A model generated the notes under the pieces. It ran no database searches. It saw nothing but the letters and a program-made list of their open reading frames with translations, and was not told the DNA's origin. From contig CAVSZB010000007.1 of assembly GCA_963732385.1 (NCBI GenBank), positions 256,001 to 320,000 on the forward strand: 64,000 nucleotides of DNA, given 5' to 3'. The position numbers and the translations under genes were made by a program. Below, piece by piece: positions 9,248 through 19,148 of this stretch. Source of the DNA: an uncultured bacterium. Lineage in GTDB: Bacteria > Krumholzibacteriota > Krumholzibacteriia > LZORAL124-64-63. Every line of letters begins with the position of its first letter. Position 1 is the first letter of the stretch.

Positions 9248-9876
9248 TGATCAGGATCAATCTCCTGCCCCAGGAAGAGGCGCCGTCCCAGCGCACGTTC
9301 AATCTGCCGAAGGTCGGCAGTGTGGTGCCGCTGGTCACCGTGATCGCGGTGGTGGCGGGTCTGGCTCTCGCGTTCACCTACCAGAGTCGGCGCATTGCCG
9401 ATCTTGGCACCACCATCTCGGGCGAGGAGGCGGAGGCGCGGCGCCTCGCGCCGGAGATCGCCAAGGTGCAGTCGCTCAACCGCGAGCGTGACGAGGTCAA
9501 CCGACGGCTGGACGTGATTACGCAGCTGGACCGGGACCGCTATTTTCGCGTGCATATGCTCGACGAATTGAACCGCGCCCTGCCGCAGCACACGTGGCTG
9601 ACCGTGTTCGAGGAGCAGGGGAGCAACCGGTTCGCGGTCGAAGGCGTGACCTTCTCGAATTTCCTGGTGAGCGACATCCTCCAGAACCTGAGTCGCTCGC
9701 CCTATATCACGTCCGTGGATCTCGTGGTGGCCGAAAAAGGCCTGATCAACGACGTCCCGGTGGTCAAGTTCAAGGCAACCGCGACGGCCACCCGGCAGCC
9801 CGCCGGCGGCACCGGCGCGGCCGTGGCCGACGGCACGCCGATCGCGGCGGCGGACGCTGCGGTCAGCGGCAGCTGA
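9247..9876 (+). CDS. pilN: PilN
   Basis: MIRINLLP motif, TM segment and coiled coil. Confidence 0.92.
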   Translation: MIRINLLPQEEAPSQRTFNLPKVGSVVPLVTVIAVVAGLALAFTYQSRRIADLGTTISGEEAEARRLAPEIAKVQSLNRERDEVNRRLDVITQLDRDRYFRVHMLDELNRALPQHTWLTVFEEQGSNRFAVEGVTFSNFLVSDILQNLSRSPYITSVDLVVAEKGLINDVPVVKFKATATATRQPAGGTGAAVADGTPIAAADAAVSGS

Positions 9877-9894
9877 GGGGACGGAGGCTAACGC

Positions 9895-10647
9895 ATGGAC
9901 ATCGATGTGAAAGACCCGAAGGTCGTCAGGTGGCTGCTGGCTGTCCTGGTGATCCTCGTCGTGGTGCCGGTCTACTTCTTCACGACCGTGCTTCCGGTGA
10001 CCTACAAGGCCCGGCACGCGGAGATCGCGAAGCTCGAGGCGCGGCACCAGGAACTGGGCCGCGACCTGGAGAAGGCGCGTCTGCTGGTGCGCAACCTGGC
10101 GCGCGTGGAGAAGGAGTACCAGATCCTGCACGAGCAGTGGACCGTCGCGCAGTTGCTCCTGCCGCAGAAGAATGAGATGCCGTCGTTGTTGCGCAAGGTG
10201 ACCGCGGCCGGGAGCCAGTCGGGCGTGGAGTTCCAGCTCTTCAAACCGGGCGCCCCCGTGGCCCGGGAATTCTACGCTGAGAACCCGGTCGAAGTGAAGG
10301 TGCAGGGGGGATATCACCAGTTCGGCATCTTCCTGAGCCGGCTGGCCAACCTCAACCGCATCGTCAACGTCGGGAATCTGAAACTCAAGGGAATCGACAA
10401 GCAGGACGCGCAGCCCTACTCGGTCGAGGCCTCCATGACGATCTCGGCCTACACCCTCGAGGGGTCCGCCGTGCCGGAGCCCGTCGACCAGGGTGACGGC
10501 AGCAGGAAGCTGGCGCAGGCGAGCGAGTCCGACGAGGGCAAGACGGCCGCCGCAACCGGCGGCGCGGGCCCGGCCAAGACCAAGGTTTCCCGCGCCCGCG
10601 ATGCGGCCGCGAAGGCCTCTGCCGGCGCCGGCGCCGGCGGGCGCTAG
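9895..10647 (+). CDS. pilO: PilO
   Basis: LLPQKNEMPSLL, FYAENPV, GGYHQFGIFL; gene order. Confidence 0.92.
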   Translation: MDIDVKDPKVVRWLLAVLVILVVVPVYFFTTVLPVTYKARHAEIAKLEARHQELGRDLEKARLLVRNLARVEKEYQILHEQWTVAQLLLPQKNEMPSLLRKVTAAGSQSGVEFQLFKPGAPVAREFYAENPVEVKVQGGYHQFGIFLSRLANLNRIVNVGNLKLKGIDKQDAQPYSVEASMTISAYTLEGSAVPEPVDQGDGSRKLAQASESDEGKTAAATGGAGPAKTKVSRARDAAAKASAGAGAGGR

Positions 10648-10658
10648 GAGGTGCGGGC

Positions 10659-11219
10659 ATGAACAGAAGCATCGAGCGGATTCTTATCACCGGCCTGGCG
10701 GTCTGTGGGGCAATGTGGCTGACCGGCGGCATCGCGGTGGCGCAGACTCCCGTCGCCACGGCGGGGGACGACGACCCGGCCCTGGAAATGTCGCTCGACG
10801 AGGAGACGGGGTGGCAGGGCGAGGATGACGCCGCCGCCGCGCTGGAGGCCGTCGATTCCTCCTCGCCGTCGCAGGAAGCGGCCGTGAAGCTGCAGGAACT
10901 GCGTCGCAACGAGTTTTTCTACCAGTCCTATGGACGCGGTGATCCTTTCAAGACGCTGGTGGCCGGCAAGTTCGAAGGTACGACCAGCGGAGACCTCGTC
11001 GACGTCGGCAGTGGCCGGCTGGTCGGCGTGATGTGGGGCCCGGACGACCAGTTCGCTCTCGTTGAGGACGGCAATGGCTTCGGTTACATCCTGCGGGTCG
11101 GCGATCCGGTGCAGAACGGACGCGTCGTGAGCATTCGCAAGAACTCGCTCACCGCGAAGATCACCCTGTACGGGATCACCACGTCGGTGACCCTCAAGCT
11201 CGAGAAATCGGAGGGCTAG
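10659..11219 (+). CDS. pilP: PilP-like protein
   Basis: Y..GRGDPF, LVGVMW, ALVED.NG.GY.LRVGD; lies between pilO and pilQ. Confidence 0.8.
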   Translation: MNRSIERILITGLAVCGAMWLTGGIAVAQTPVATAGDDDPALEMSLDEETGWQGEDDAAAALEAVDSSSPSQEAAVKLQELRRNEFFYQSYGRGDPFKTLVAGKFEGTTSGDLVDVGSGRLVGVMWGPDDQFALVEDGNGFGYILRVGDPVQNGRVVSIRKNSLTAKITLYGITTSVTLKLEKSEG

Positions 11220-11221
11220 AT

Positions 11222-12994
11222 ATGTTCGCACGGTTCCGCTCCGCAGCCTTGTGTGCGGCCAGCCTGGCACTCGTGCTGCTTCTCACGCAGCCCGGCACAG
11301 CCGGCGCCGCGGGGCACGTCACCGATGTGCTGTGGTCTCCCGTGGCGGGCGGCGGCCAGCTCCAGGTGGTCGCGGCCGGAGACGTGGTCTTCACCGTGGC
11401 CAATCTGGCCGGTCCCGACCGTCTCGTTATCGATTGTCTCGGCGGCGAGCCGCAGCGGGTGCTGTCGCCCTCGCTGCCCGCGGACGGTCCCGTGCGGGCG
11501 GTGACGGTCGAGTCGCGCGACACCGCCGGTGCCCCCGGCACGCGCCTGATCTGCACGCTGGCCGCAGGCTGGACCTACCGCACGCGCCAGCTCCCGGGAC
11601 GCCTTACGGTCACTTTCGACTCCGCGGCAGCCCACGGCTGGCCCGGCCCGTTGGCGCCCGAGCTGCTCGACGCGCGGCAGGGGCTGCCGTCGTCCGCCTG
11701 GGCGGGTGGCGCGCTGACGCCGGCCGACCCGGCGCTGCTGGAGCTCACGCCCGGCCGGGACAACGGCAAGACGGTCTCGCTGGACGTCCAGGGTTCCGAG
11801 ATCGGCACCGTGCTCCGCTCGCTGGCCAGCTACTCGGGCACGAACATCGTGGCTTCGCCCCGCGTGACAGGCAAAGTCACGGTCAGGATCGACGGCGTGC
11901 CGTGGCGCGAGGCGATGACCGTAATCCTGCGCGCCCACGGCTATGACTACATCGAGGAATACGGCATCATCCGGGTCGATACCGCGGATGAACTGCGCAA
12001 GGAGGCGGTGGAGGGCAAGCGGGCCGACCGTGCCTCCGACGACCTCGAGCCTCTCGTCATGGGCATGGTCGGCATCGACTACGCCAACGCGGAAGAGGTC
12101 AAGGGCTCGCTCAAGCAGATGTTGACGAAGCGCGGCACCATCGAGATCGACAAGCGCACCAACACCCTGATCGTGAGCGACATCCAGTCGCAGGTCGATC
12201 TCGTCAAGGAGGCCGCGCGCAGCCTCGATACGCGCACGCCGCAGGTCGAGATCAATGCTCGTCTGGTGGACATGGATCTGCGCGCCTCGCGTGAGCTGGG
12301 CATCGTCTGGTCGGCCAACAACGTCAAGGTCGACGGCGTCAACGCAGTGGGGAGCGGCTCGGTCAACGCGCCCATCCAGGGTCCGGCCGGCTCGCTCCGT
12401 TTCGGCACCGTGCAGTCGTATGGCGATCTCGCCCTCAACCTGCAGGCGCTGGAGGCGGCGAACCTGGCTCACCTGATCTCCAATCCGATCATCACTACGA
12501 CCGACAACCGCGAGGCGAGTATCCTGGTCGGCCAGAAGATCCCGCTCATCGTGCAGGACCAGGCCGGCAATGCCATCACGCAATTGACCACGATCGGCAT
12601 CCTGCTCAAGGTGACGCCACACATCAACAGCAACGAGAAGATCACGCTCGACCTGCACAACGAGGTGAGCGACCTCTCCTCGCAGGCGACGGTGCAGGGC
12701 GGGGTCATCATCAACACGAGCGAGTCCGACACGCGGGTGCTGGTGCAGAACAACGAGACGGCGATCATCGGCGGGCTGATCCGCTCCGTGGAGGCCGAAC
12801 TGAGCAACGGGGTGCCGGTGCTGCAGGACCTGCCGCTGCTGGGGGCGCTGTTCCGGCACTCGACCACCACCAAGAACAGCCGTGAACTGGTCATTTTCGT
12901 GACGCCGCGCATCGTGACCGACGAGTACCTGATGCGCGACAAACTGACCATGGAAAGCCGGACGGAATACAAGCCGGACGACTACAAGTTCTAA
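11222..12994 (+). CDS. pilQ: Type IV pilus secretin PilQ
   Basis: AMIN-like N-terminus, PQVEINARLV, VPVLQDLPLLGALFR, ELVIFVTPRIV. Confidence 0.93.
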   Translation: MFARFRSAALCAASLALVLLLTQPGTAGAAGHVTDVLWSPVAGGGQLQVVAAGDVVFTVANLAGPDRLVIDCLGGEPQRVLSPSLPADGPVRAVTVESRDTAGAPGTRLICTLAAGWTYRTRQLPGRLTVTFDSAAAHGWPGPLAPELLDARQGLPSSAWAGGALTPADPALLELTPGRDNGKTVSLDVQGSEIGTVLRSLASYSGTNIVASPRVTGKVTVRIDGVPWREAMTVILRAHGYDYIEEYGIIRVDTADELRKEAVEGKRADRASDDLEPLVMGMVGIDYANAEEVKGSLKQMLTKRGTIEIDKRTNTLIVSDIQSQVDLVKEAARSLDTRTPQVEINARLVDMDLRASRELGIVWSANNVKVDGVNAVGSGSVNAPIQGPAGSLRFGTVQSYGDLALNLQALEAANLAHLISNPIITTTDNREASILVGQKIPLIVQDQAGNAITQLTTIGILLKVTPHINSNEKITLDLHNEVSDLSSQATVQGGVIINTSESDTRVLVQNNETAIIGGLIRSVEAELSNGVPVLQDLPLLGALFRHSTTTKNSRELVIFVTPRIVTDEYLMRDKLTMESRTEYKPDDYKF

Positions 12995-13100
12995 GCCGCG
13001 ACAACGCGGCGGAATGCGGAGAGGCCGGGGCAGGGCTTGCCTCGGCCTCTCCTTTTGTCTATGCTCCGCGCGCGCGTCCGCGGCGCAGCGGGATGGAAGC

Positions 13101-13637
13101 ATGTGGATCAGCCTCGTGGGATTCATGGGCAGTGGCAAGAGTTCGGTCGCCCGGGTTTTGGGGGAGCGAGCCCTGCTGACTGTCGTGGACCTCGATCTCG
13201 AGGTGGAGCGGCGGGCCGACCTGACGGTGCCGGAAATCTTTGCGCGAGACGGGGTGGACGGTTTCCGCCGCCGGGAACTCGAGGCGCTGGCCACGCTCGA
13301 CCGGACGGCGCCCCTGCTGATCGCGGCTGGCGGCGGCGTGGTAGAGACGCCTGAATGCACCGCGCTTCTGCGCGACGGTGGCGCGGTCTTCTGGCTGGAC
13401 GCCCCCTGGGAGACCCTGCGCCGCCGGATCGAGCAGGCGGACGCCCCCCGGCGCCCCCTGTTGCGGCACCTGGGCTGGGAGGGGCTGGAGCGGTTGCAGC
13501 GGCGGCGGCAGCGGCTCTACGCCCGGGCTGCACACTTCCGCCTGCGCACCGACCTGACCGGACCAGGCACGGCGGCGCGGGCGATCCTGACCCGCAGCCT
13601 GGTCTGGCAGCGCCGTGGTGACGGGGCGGCGGCATGA
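13101..13637 (+). CDS. aroK: Shikimate kinase
   Basis: GFMGSGKS, DLD, GGGVV, RPLL; pilQ-aroK synteny. Confidence 0.9.
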   Translation: MWISLVGFMGSGKSSVARVLGERALLTVVDLDLEVERRADLTVPEIFARDGVDGFRRRELEALATLDRTAPLLIAAGGGVVETPECTALLRDGGAVFWLDAPWETLRRRIEQADAPRRPLLRHLGWEGLERLQRRRQRLYARAAHFRLRTDLTGPGTAARAILTRSLVWQRRGDGAAA

Positions 13638-14188
13638 TGCGCGTTATTGCGGGCGTCTGGCGCGGGCGACGCCTGGCGGCGTTGCCGGGAACGGAGATCC
13701 GGCCGACCATGGGCCGCGTGCGCGAGGCGCTCTTTTCGATTCTCGGCGCACGGATCGTTGGCGCGGCGGTGGCGGACCTCTGCTGCGGCGCCGGCGCACT
13801 CGGCATCGAGGCGCTCAGCCGGGGGGCGGCGCGGGTTGACTTTGTCGACGTCTCGGCGCACGCCCTGGCGGTGACGGAGAAGAATCTGCGTCTCTGCGGC
13901 GCCGCGACGGCAGCGTACGCACGGCATCGTGCGGAGTCGTGCGACTGGCTCGAGGCCCGGCTGGCCGCAGAGAGCGGGGCGCCCCTGATCGTCCTGGCCG
14001 ACCCTCCCTACGCCACGGAAGTGGCGGAGCGGCTGCTCGTGGCGCTGGCCCGGTGGCCGGCGTCGGGCCTGCTGGCCGCGGTCGTTGAGCATGGCGCGGA
14101 GGGGGCGCCGGCGCCGCCCGAATCGGGACCGTGGCGGATCCGACGCCGGGTCTACGGACATTCGGCTCTCACCATCCTGGAGGCGTGA
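13634..14188 (+). CDS. rsmD: 16S rRNA m2G966 methyltransferase
   Basis: MRVIAG..RGRRL, RPT..RVREALF, DPPY; adjacent to coaD. Confidence 0.9.
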   Translation: MMRVIAGVWRGRRLAALPGTEIRPTMGRVREALFSILGARIVGAAVADLCCGAGALGIEALSRGAARVDFVDVSAHALAVTEKNLRLCGAATAAYARHRAESCDWLEARLAAESGAPLIVLADPPYATEVAERLLVALARWPASGLLAAVVEHGAEGAPAPPESGPWRIRRRVYGHSALTILEA

Positions 14189-14190
14189 CC

Positions 14191-14682
14191 GTGGCGGACC
14201 GACTCGCGCTATATGCAGGGACCTTCGATCCCGTCACGCATGGGCACCTCGACATTTTACGGCGCGCCCTGGCGCTGTTCGATCGGGTCACGGTTGCGGT
14301 GGCTGCCGGGGGCAAGCAGACGCTCTTCACGCTGGACGAACGGCTCGCCCTGGTGCGCGCCTGCACGGCTGATCTGGACCGGTGCCTCGTCATGCCGCTG
14401 CCCGGCCTGCTGGTGGACGAGGTGAGCCGGTCCGGCGCCGTGGCGGTCGTGCGGGGAATCCGCTCGCTCGGCGACTACCACCACGAATGGTCGATGGAGG
14501 CGATGAACCGCGCGCTCTCCCCGGAGTGCGAAACGGTCTTCCTGCTGGCGCGCCAGGAACTGGCCATGCTCAGCAGCAGTCTGGTGCGCGAGGTGGCGCG
14601 GCTGGGCGGTGACGTGGCGCCGTTCGTGCCGGAGGCGGTCGCCGACGCGTTGCGCGGGCGTTCGGGCGGCGGGTGGACATGA
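14191..14682 (+). CDS. coaD: Phosphopantetheine adenylyltransferase
   Basis: YAGTFDPVTHGHLD, SSSLVREVA. Confidence 0.95.
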   Translation: MADRLALYAGTFDPVTHGHLDILRRALALFDRVTVAVAAGGKQTLFTLDERLALVRACTADLDRCLVMPLPGLLVDEVSRSGAVAVVRGIRSLGDYHHEWSMEAMNRALSPECETVFLLARQELAMLSSSLVREVARLGGDVAPFVPEAVADALRGRSGGGWT

Positions 14683-15707
14683 GTCTTGCTGTCCTGCTCG
14701 ACGCGCTCGCGGAAGAGCGCGGCTGGGCGGCGCGCCTGCGCGAAAGGGCGTCAGGTGCGGCGCCCCGCCGCGTGGCGTTGCCTGAGGCCGACGACCCACG
14801 CGTGCTGATCGCCGCCGGCGCGCTTGCGGCGAGTGGCTTGGCACGTCCCCTGCTGATCGGTCGCCGGCCCGTGGCCGGTCTGCCGGCCGAGCTCGCGCGG
14901 CGCCTGCCCGAGGAGGTCTGGCGCGACCCCACGGCGGACGCGGAGCGGGCGCTGACGGCGCAGTGGCTCCTGCGCCGCCGCCGTGACCGCGGGTTGACGC
15001 CCGGACAGGCGCATGTCCTGGCGGCGAGTCCGCTGTATCACGCGGCGGTGCTGGTCGCGCGAGGCGAGGCCGACGCGCTGGTGGCCGGCGCCGCCACACC
15101 GACGGCCGAGGTGCTGCGCGCCGCCCTCTGGGCGATCGGGACGGCAGAGGGTCGGCGCACGGTGTGCGGGGCGTTCGTGATGCTGCCGCCCGGCGCCGCC
15201 GCGGCGCCGTTGATCTTCGCCGACTGTGCCGTGGTGCCGCAGCCGGACGAGGACCAGTTGGTGGAGATCGGTGGGGCGGCGGGGGGGACCTTCCGGTCGC
15301 TCACCGGCCGCGATCCGGCGGTGGCGTATCTGTCCTTCTCGACGCGCGGTTCGGCACCGCACCCGGCGGCCGGACCGCCGGCGCGGGCGGCGGCGCGGCT
15401 GGCGGCTGCGCAACCGGGCTGGCGTGTGGCGGGGGAACTGCAGGCCGACGCGGCGCTCGTACCGGAGGTGGGGCGGGCGAAAGGGATCGATTGGGGAGCT
15501 GGGGCGGGCGCGGATGTGCTCATCTTCCCCGATCTGGGCAGCGGCAACATCGGCTGCAAGCTCGTGGAACGGCTGGGGGGGTGGCGCGCGGTCGGACCGC
15601 TTCTGCTCGGCCTGCGCCGGCCGGCCTGCGACCTGAGCCGCGGCTGTTCGGCTCTGGACATCGTGGATTCCGCTGCGGCGCTGGCGTTGCTTGGCGGCGA
15701 AGGGTAG
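14679..15707 (+). CDS. pta: Phosphate acetyl/butyryl transferase
   Basis: LPEADDPRVL, SFSTRGS, GELQADAA, FPDLGSGNIGCK, DLSRG. Confidence 0.85.
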   Translation: MSLAVLLDALAEERGWAARLRERASGAAPRRVALPEADDPRVLIAAGALAASGLARPLLIGRRPVAGLPAELARRLPEEVWRDPTADAERALTAQWLLRRRRDRGLTPGQAHVLAASPLYHAAVLVARGEADALVAGAATPTAEVLRAALWAIGTAEGRRTVCGAFVMLPPGAAAAPLIFADCAVVPQPDEDQLVEIGGAAGGTFRSLTGRDPAVAYLSFSTRGSAPHPAAGPPARAAARLAAAQPGWRVAGELQADAALVPEVGRAKGIDWGAGAGADVLIFPDLGSGNIGCKLVERLGGWRAVGPLLLGLRRPACDLSRGCSALDIVDSAAALALLGGEG

Positions 15708-16730
15708 ATGCCCGTGTTCATGGATGTGGTGGAAATCGAGATCGAGGCGGGCGGGGGCGGCGACGGTTGCGTGTCGTTCCGGCGCGAGAAATTCGTGCCC
15801 CGCGGCGGACCCGACGGAGGTACGGGGGGCGATGGCGGCTCGATCTGGATCGTGGCATCGCCCGAGCGGGGCACCCTGCTCGATTTCCGCTACCGTCGCC
15901 GCTACCACGCGTCGCGCGGCGAGCACGGGCAGGGGAGCAACAAGACCGGCTCCGACGGCGCCGAGCTCGAGATCACGGTGCCCTGCGGCACCGCGGTGTT
16001 CGACGCCGCCTCGGGCGATCTGCTGGGCGAGCTGCTGGCCGGGGGCGACCGCCTGCGGGTGGCCCGCGGCGGGCGCGGAGGGCGCGGCAACCGCGACTTC
16101 CGCACCGCTACGCGGCAGGCGCCGGATCGGGCGCAGGCGGGACGTCCAGGTGAACAGAGGCGTCTGCGCCTGGAATTGAAACTGCTGGCCGATATCGGCC
16201 TGATCGGTCTGCCCAATGCCGGAAAATCCACGCTCCTGGCGCGCCTGACCGCGGCGCGCCCGAAGGTGGCCGACTATCCCTTTACCACGCTGGTGCCAAA
16301 TCTCGGCATCGCCGACCTGGGCGATTTCGTCAGTTGCACGGTGGCCGATATCCCGGGCCTGGTGGAGGGCGCCAGCGAGGGACGCGGGCTGGGGCTTGAG
16401 TTCCTGCGCCATGTCGAGCGGACCCGGGCCCTGCTCTTTCTGGTGGACGCGGCGGCCGGGCCGGTCGCGCCGGTACTGACCACCCTGCGTGACGAACTCG
16501 TCAACTACGGACGACGACTTCCCGACCTGCCGTTTGCCGTGGTGGTCACGAAACAGGATCTGCTGCCACAGGAGGCCGGAGCGACTGCGGTGGTCGAGGC
16601 GCAGGCATGGGCGCGTGACCACGGCGGGGTCGCCACCCTGGGGATCTCCGCCGCGACCGGCGCGGGGATCGACGAGCTGCAGCGGCTCCTGCGCCGCCTC
16701 TATCGGGATTCCCTGCCCGTCTCTTCCTGA
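15708..16730 (+). CDS. obgE: GTPase ObgE/CgtA
   Basis: GGGGDGCVSFRREKFVP, GLPNAGKST, YPFTT, DIPG. Confidence 0.96.
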   Translation: MPVFMDVVEIEIEAGGGGDGCVSFRREKFVPRGGPDGGTGGDGGSIWIVASPERGTLLDFRYRRRYHASRGEHGQGSNKTGSDGAELEITVPCGTAVFDAASGDLLGELLAGGDRLRVARGGRGGRGNRDFRTATRQAPDRAQAGRPGEQRRLRLELKLLADIGLIGLPNAGKSTLLARLTAARPKVADYPFTTLVPNLGIADLGDFVSCTVADIPGLVEGASEGRGLGLEFLRHVERTRALLFLVDAAAGPVAPVLTTLRDELVNYGRRLPDLPFAVVVTKQDLLPQEAGATAVVEAQAWARDHGGVATLGISAATGAGIDELQRLLRRLYRDSLPVSS

Positions 16731-16785
16731 CGCGCGGGCTCTACCGGCCAGCCCTCCCGACCGCCTCCCGGAATGGAGCTTTGCC

Positions 16786-17703
16786 ATGCCTGCGGGCGTG
16801 CCGTCTGTCCGTCCGGCGCCGGGATGGCGCCTCGATCCGGCCGATCCCTGCTGGCCTCCGCTCTGGCGCGAGATCCCCGATCCCCCGGTCACCCTCGAAG
16901 GGAGGGGACGGGTGGCCTGTCTGACCCGGCCCGCGCTCGCCATCGTCGGCACGCGGCTGGCCACGCCGCGTGGACTGGCCGTGGCCCGGCGACTGGCCGG
17001 GGAACTGGCCGCCGTCGGCTGGGTGATCGTCAGCGGGCTGGCGCGCGGCATCGATGCGGCCGCCCACGAGGGGGCGCTGGCGGCGGGGGGCGAGACCGTG
17101 GCTTTCGTGGCCCACGGTGTCGACCGCACCTACCCGCCGCAGCACGCCAGACTGCGGTCCCGCATCGAGGCGCAGGGCTGCGTCGCCACCGAACTGCCGC
17201 GAGGCGCGCGGCCGGAACCTGGGCATTTCCCCCTGCGCAACCGGCTGGTGGCCGGGATGGTGCGGGGGGTTGTGGTTGTCGAAGCTCCGCTGAAGAGTGG
17301 TGCGATGATCACCGCGCGTCTCAGCCTCGAGTACAATCGCGAGGTGATGGCGGTGCCGGGCCCGGTGGAGGCGCGTCAGAGCCGCGGCTGCCACGAGCTC
17401 ATTCGGCAGGGGGCGGTACTGGTGACCTCGACCGCCGACGTGCTCGACCTGCTGCTGCCGCCCGGCCCGTCGCTCGGGGAGTCGGTGCCGGGGGCGGAGA
17501 CCGGGGCGGCCGTGCCGGCCGGCGGGGCAGTGCGCTGGCTCTGGGAACGGATCGATCTCGACGGAATCCCGCTCGCGCAACTGCAGGCCCGCTGGCGTGG
17601 CGCCTCCGGTGCGCTGTCCGAGGCTCTGCTCACGCTGGAACTCGCGCGGCTGATCCGGCGATTGCCGGGCGGACGCGTCGCCCGTAGAGTCTGGGCAGCT
17701 TGA
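16786..17703 (+). CDS. dprA: DNA processing protein DprA (short N-terminus)
   Basis: AIVGTR, VSGLARGID, FPLRNRLV, VVEA..KSG..ITA. Confidence 0.9.
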   Translation: MPAGVPSVRPAPGWRLDPADPCWPPLWREIPDPPVTLEGRGRVACLTRPALAIVGTRLATPRGLAVARRLAGELAAVGWVIVSGLARGIDAAAHEGALAAGGETVAFVAHGVDRTYPPQHARLRSRIEAQGCVATELPRGARPEPGHFPLRNRLVAGMVRGVVVVEAPLKSGAMITARLSLEYNREVMAVPGPVEARQSRGCHELIRQGAVLVTSTADVLDLLLPPGPSLGESVPGAETGAAVPAGGAVRWLWERIDLDGIPLAQLQARWRGASGALSEALLTLELARLIRRLPGGRVARRVWAA

Positions 17704-17745
17704 CGCGTTCCGGCGCCGGCCGGCCGCGGGGAAGGGGTACAGGCC

Positions 17746-18660
17746 GTGGGCAGGGGCAGCAAGCGCGGACGCTGGCTGGTGGAGTATGCCGCGCTCTATC
17801 CGCTCTTTCTTTTGGCGCGGTGGCTGCCGCGGAGCCTGCTCGTGGCGTTGGGGCGGGGCGCCGGCCGGTTCGCCTTCGAGGTGCTCAGGGTGCGCCGCAA
17901 CGTGACTCTGACGAATCTGCGTGTCGCTCTCGGCGGGGAGGTCGATCCGCGACAACTGTGCCGGCTGGGAGCGCTCGTCTACGCGAACCTTGGCGCCACC
18001 CTGATGGAATTCTGCAAACTGTACGACAGCCGGCCCGCTCAGATCCGGGCCCTGGTGGAGATCGAAGGGCGTGAGCACCTCGACGCCTGTCGGCGGCAGG
18101 GACGGGGTGCGATCCTCACCACGGGTCATTTCGGCAACTGGGAACTGCTGGGCGCGTCGGTCTCCGCGAACGGCTATCCGGTGAGCTACCTGATCAAGGA
18201 CCAGTCGAATCCCTGGGTGCACCGGCTGCAGAACGAGATCCGCCGCCGCGGAGGCATGGGCGTGATCCGCCTGGGGACCGGCGCCCGGCAAGTCCTGTAC
18301 GCGCTGCGGCGCCGCGAATTCGTCGGGATCGTCGGGGACCAGGATGCCGGCCCCGATGGGCTTTTCCTGGACTTCCTCGGCCGTCAGGCTTCGGTCGCGC
18401 GCGGCATGGCCTACTTCGCCTGGCGGGCCGGGGTGCCGATCATCCCATGCTACATCCTGCGTCTCGGGAACGGGCGCCACCGGGCCGTCTTCGGGGCGCC
18501 GATCGAGGCCGACCCGGCCTGGGACGAGGAGACCGCCGTACGTGAGCTGACCCGCGCCCACACCACGGCTCTGGCGGCTGTCATCCTGGCCCACCCCGAG
18601 CACTACTTCTGGGTGCATCGACGCTGGAAGACTCGCCCCCACGCGGAGCAGGGCGACTAG
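17746..18660 (+). CDS. Lipid A late acyltransferase (LpxL/HtrB family)
   Basis: GHFGNWE, GDQD, PEHYFWVHRRWK. Confidence 0.88.
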   Translation: MGRGSKRGRWLVEYAALYPLFLLARWLPRSLLVALGRGAGRFAFEVLRVRRNVTLTNLRVALGGEVDPRQLCRLGALVYANLGATLMEFCKLYDSRPAQIRALVEIEGREHLDACRRQGRGAILTTGHFGNWELLGASVSANGYPVSYLIKDQSNPWVHRLQNEIRRRGGMGVIRLGTGARQVLYALRRREFVGIVGDQDAGPDGLFLDFLGRQASVARGMAYFAWRAGVPIIPCYILRLGNGRHRAVFGAPIEADPAWDEETAVRELTRAHTTALAAVILAHPEHYFWVHRRWKTRPHAEQGD

Positions 18661-18677
18661 GTGCCGGCGCGCCGCGT

Positions 18678-18977
18678 CTACTCTCCGGAGTGGAAGCCGA
18701 TCGACCCCTGACCATCCTGCCCCGGCAGCTTGATCTCTCCGAACGTGTGTTCGTAGCGCTCCAGGTTCGTGCCCAGCGTGCGGTGCAGCGCCTTGGCGTT
18801 CTGGGGCGTCATGATGATGCGCGCGAACACGCGGCTTTTGGCCAGGCCCGGCATCAGGCGCGCGAAATCGATGATGAACTCGGACGGACTGTGGGAAATG
18901 AAGGCGAGGTTGCTGTAGATACCCTCGGCCTCCTTCTCGCCAAGGTCGACCTGGATGCGGGCCTGCGGCTTGTCCAC
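18678..18977 (-). CDS. DUF3467 family protein
   Basis: AEGIYSNLAFISHSPSEFIIDF...RIIMTPQNAK; GTG start after an AGGAGG RBS. Confidence 0.85.
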   Translation of the reverse strand: MDKPQARIQVDLGEKEAEGIYSNLAFISHSPSEFIIDFARLMPGLAKSRVFARIIMTPQNAKALHRTLGTNLERYEHTFGEIKLPGQDGQGSIGFHSGE

Positions 18978-19067
18978 TGAGCGCTCCTCCTGACATGGGG
19001 GAAGAGAATTTGCACCATCATAAACGGCGGCGGAGCGCCTGGCCAGCGCCGTCGCGCGGGCGGGTCG

Positions 19068-19096
19068 TTGACACCCGCCCGACCCGGTGATAATTT
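19068..19096 (+). promoter_or_regulatory. sigma70-type promoter for the heptose genes
   Basis: TTGACA-N17-TAATTT. Confidence 0.55.
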
Positions 19097-19148
19097 GCGC
19101 GGGCGGCCGCCCGGAGCGGGCCGGGCCGGGGCGCGGGGGAGCGGATGC

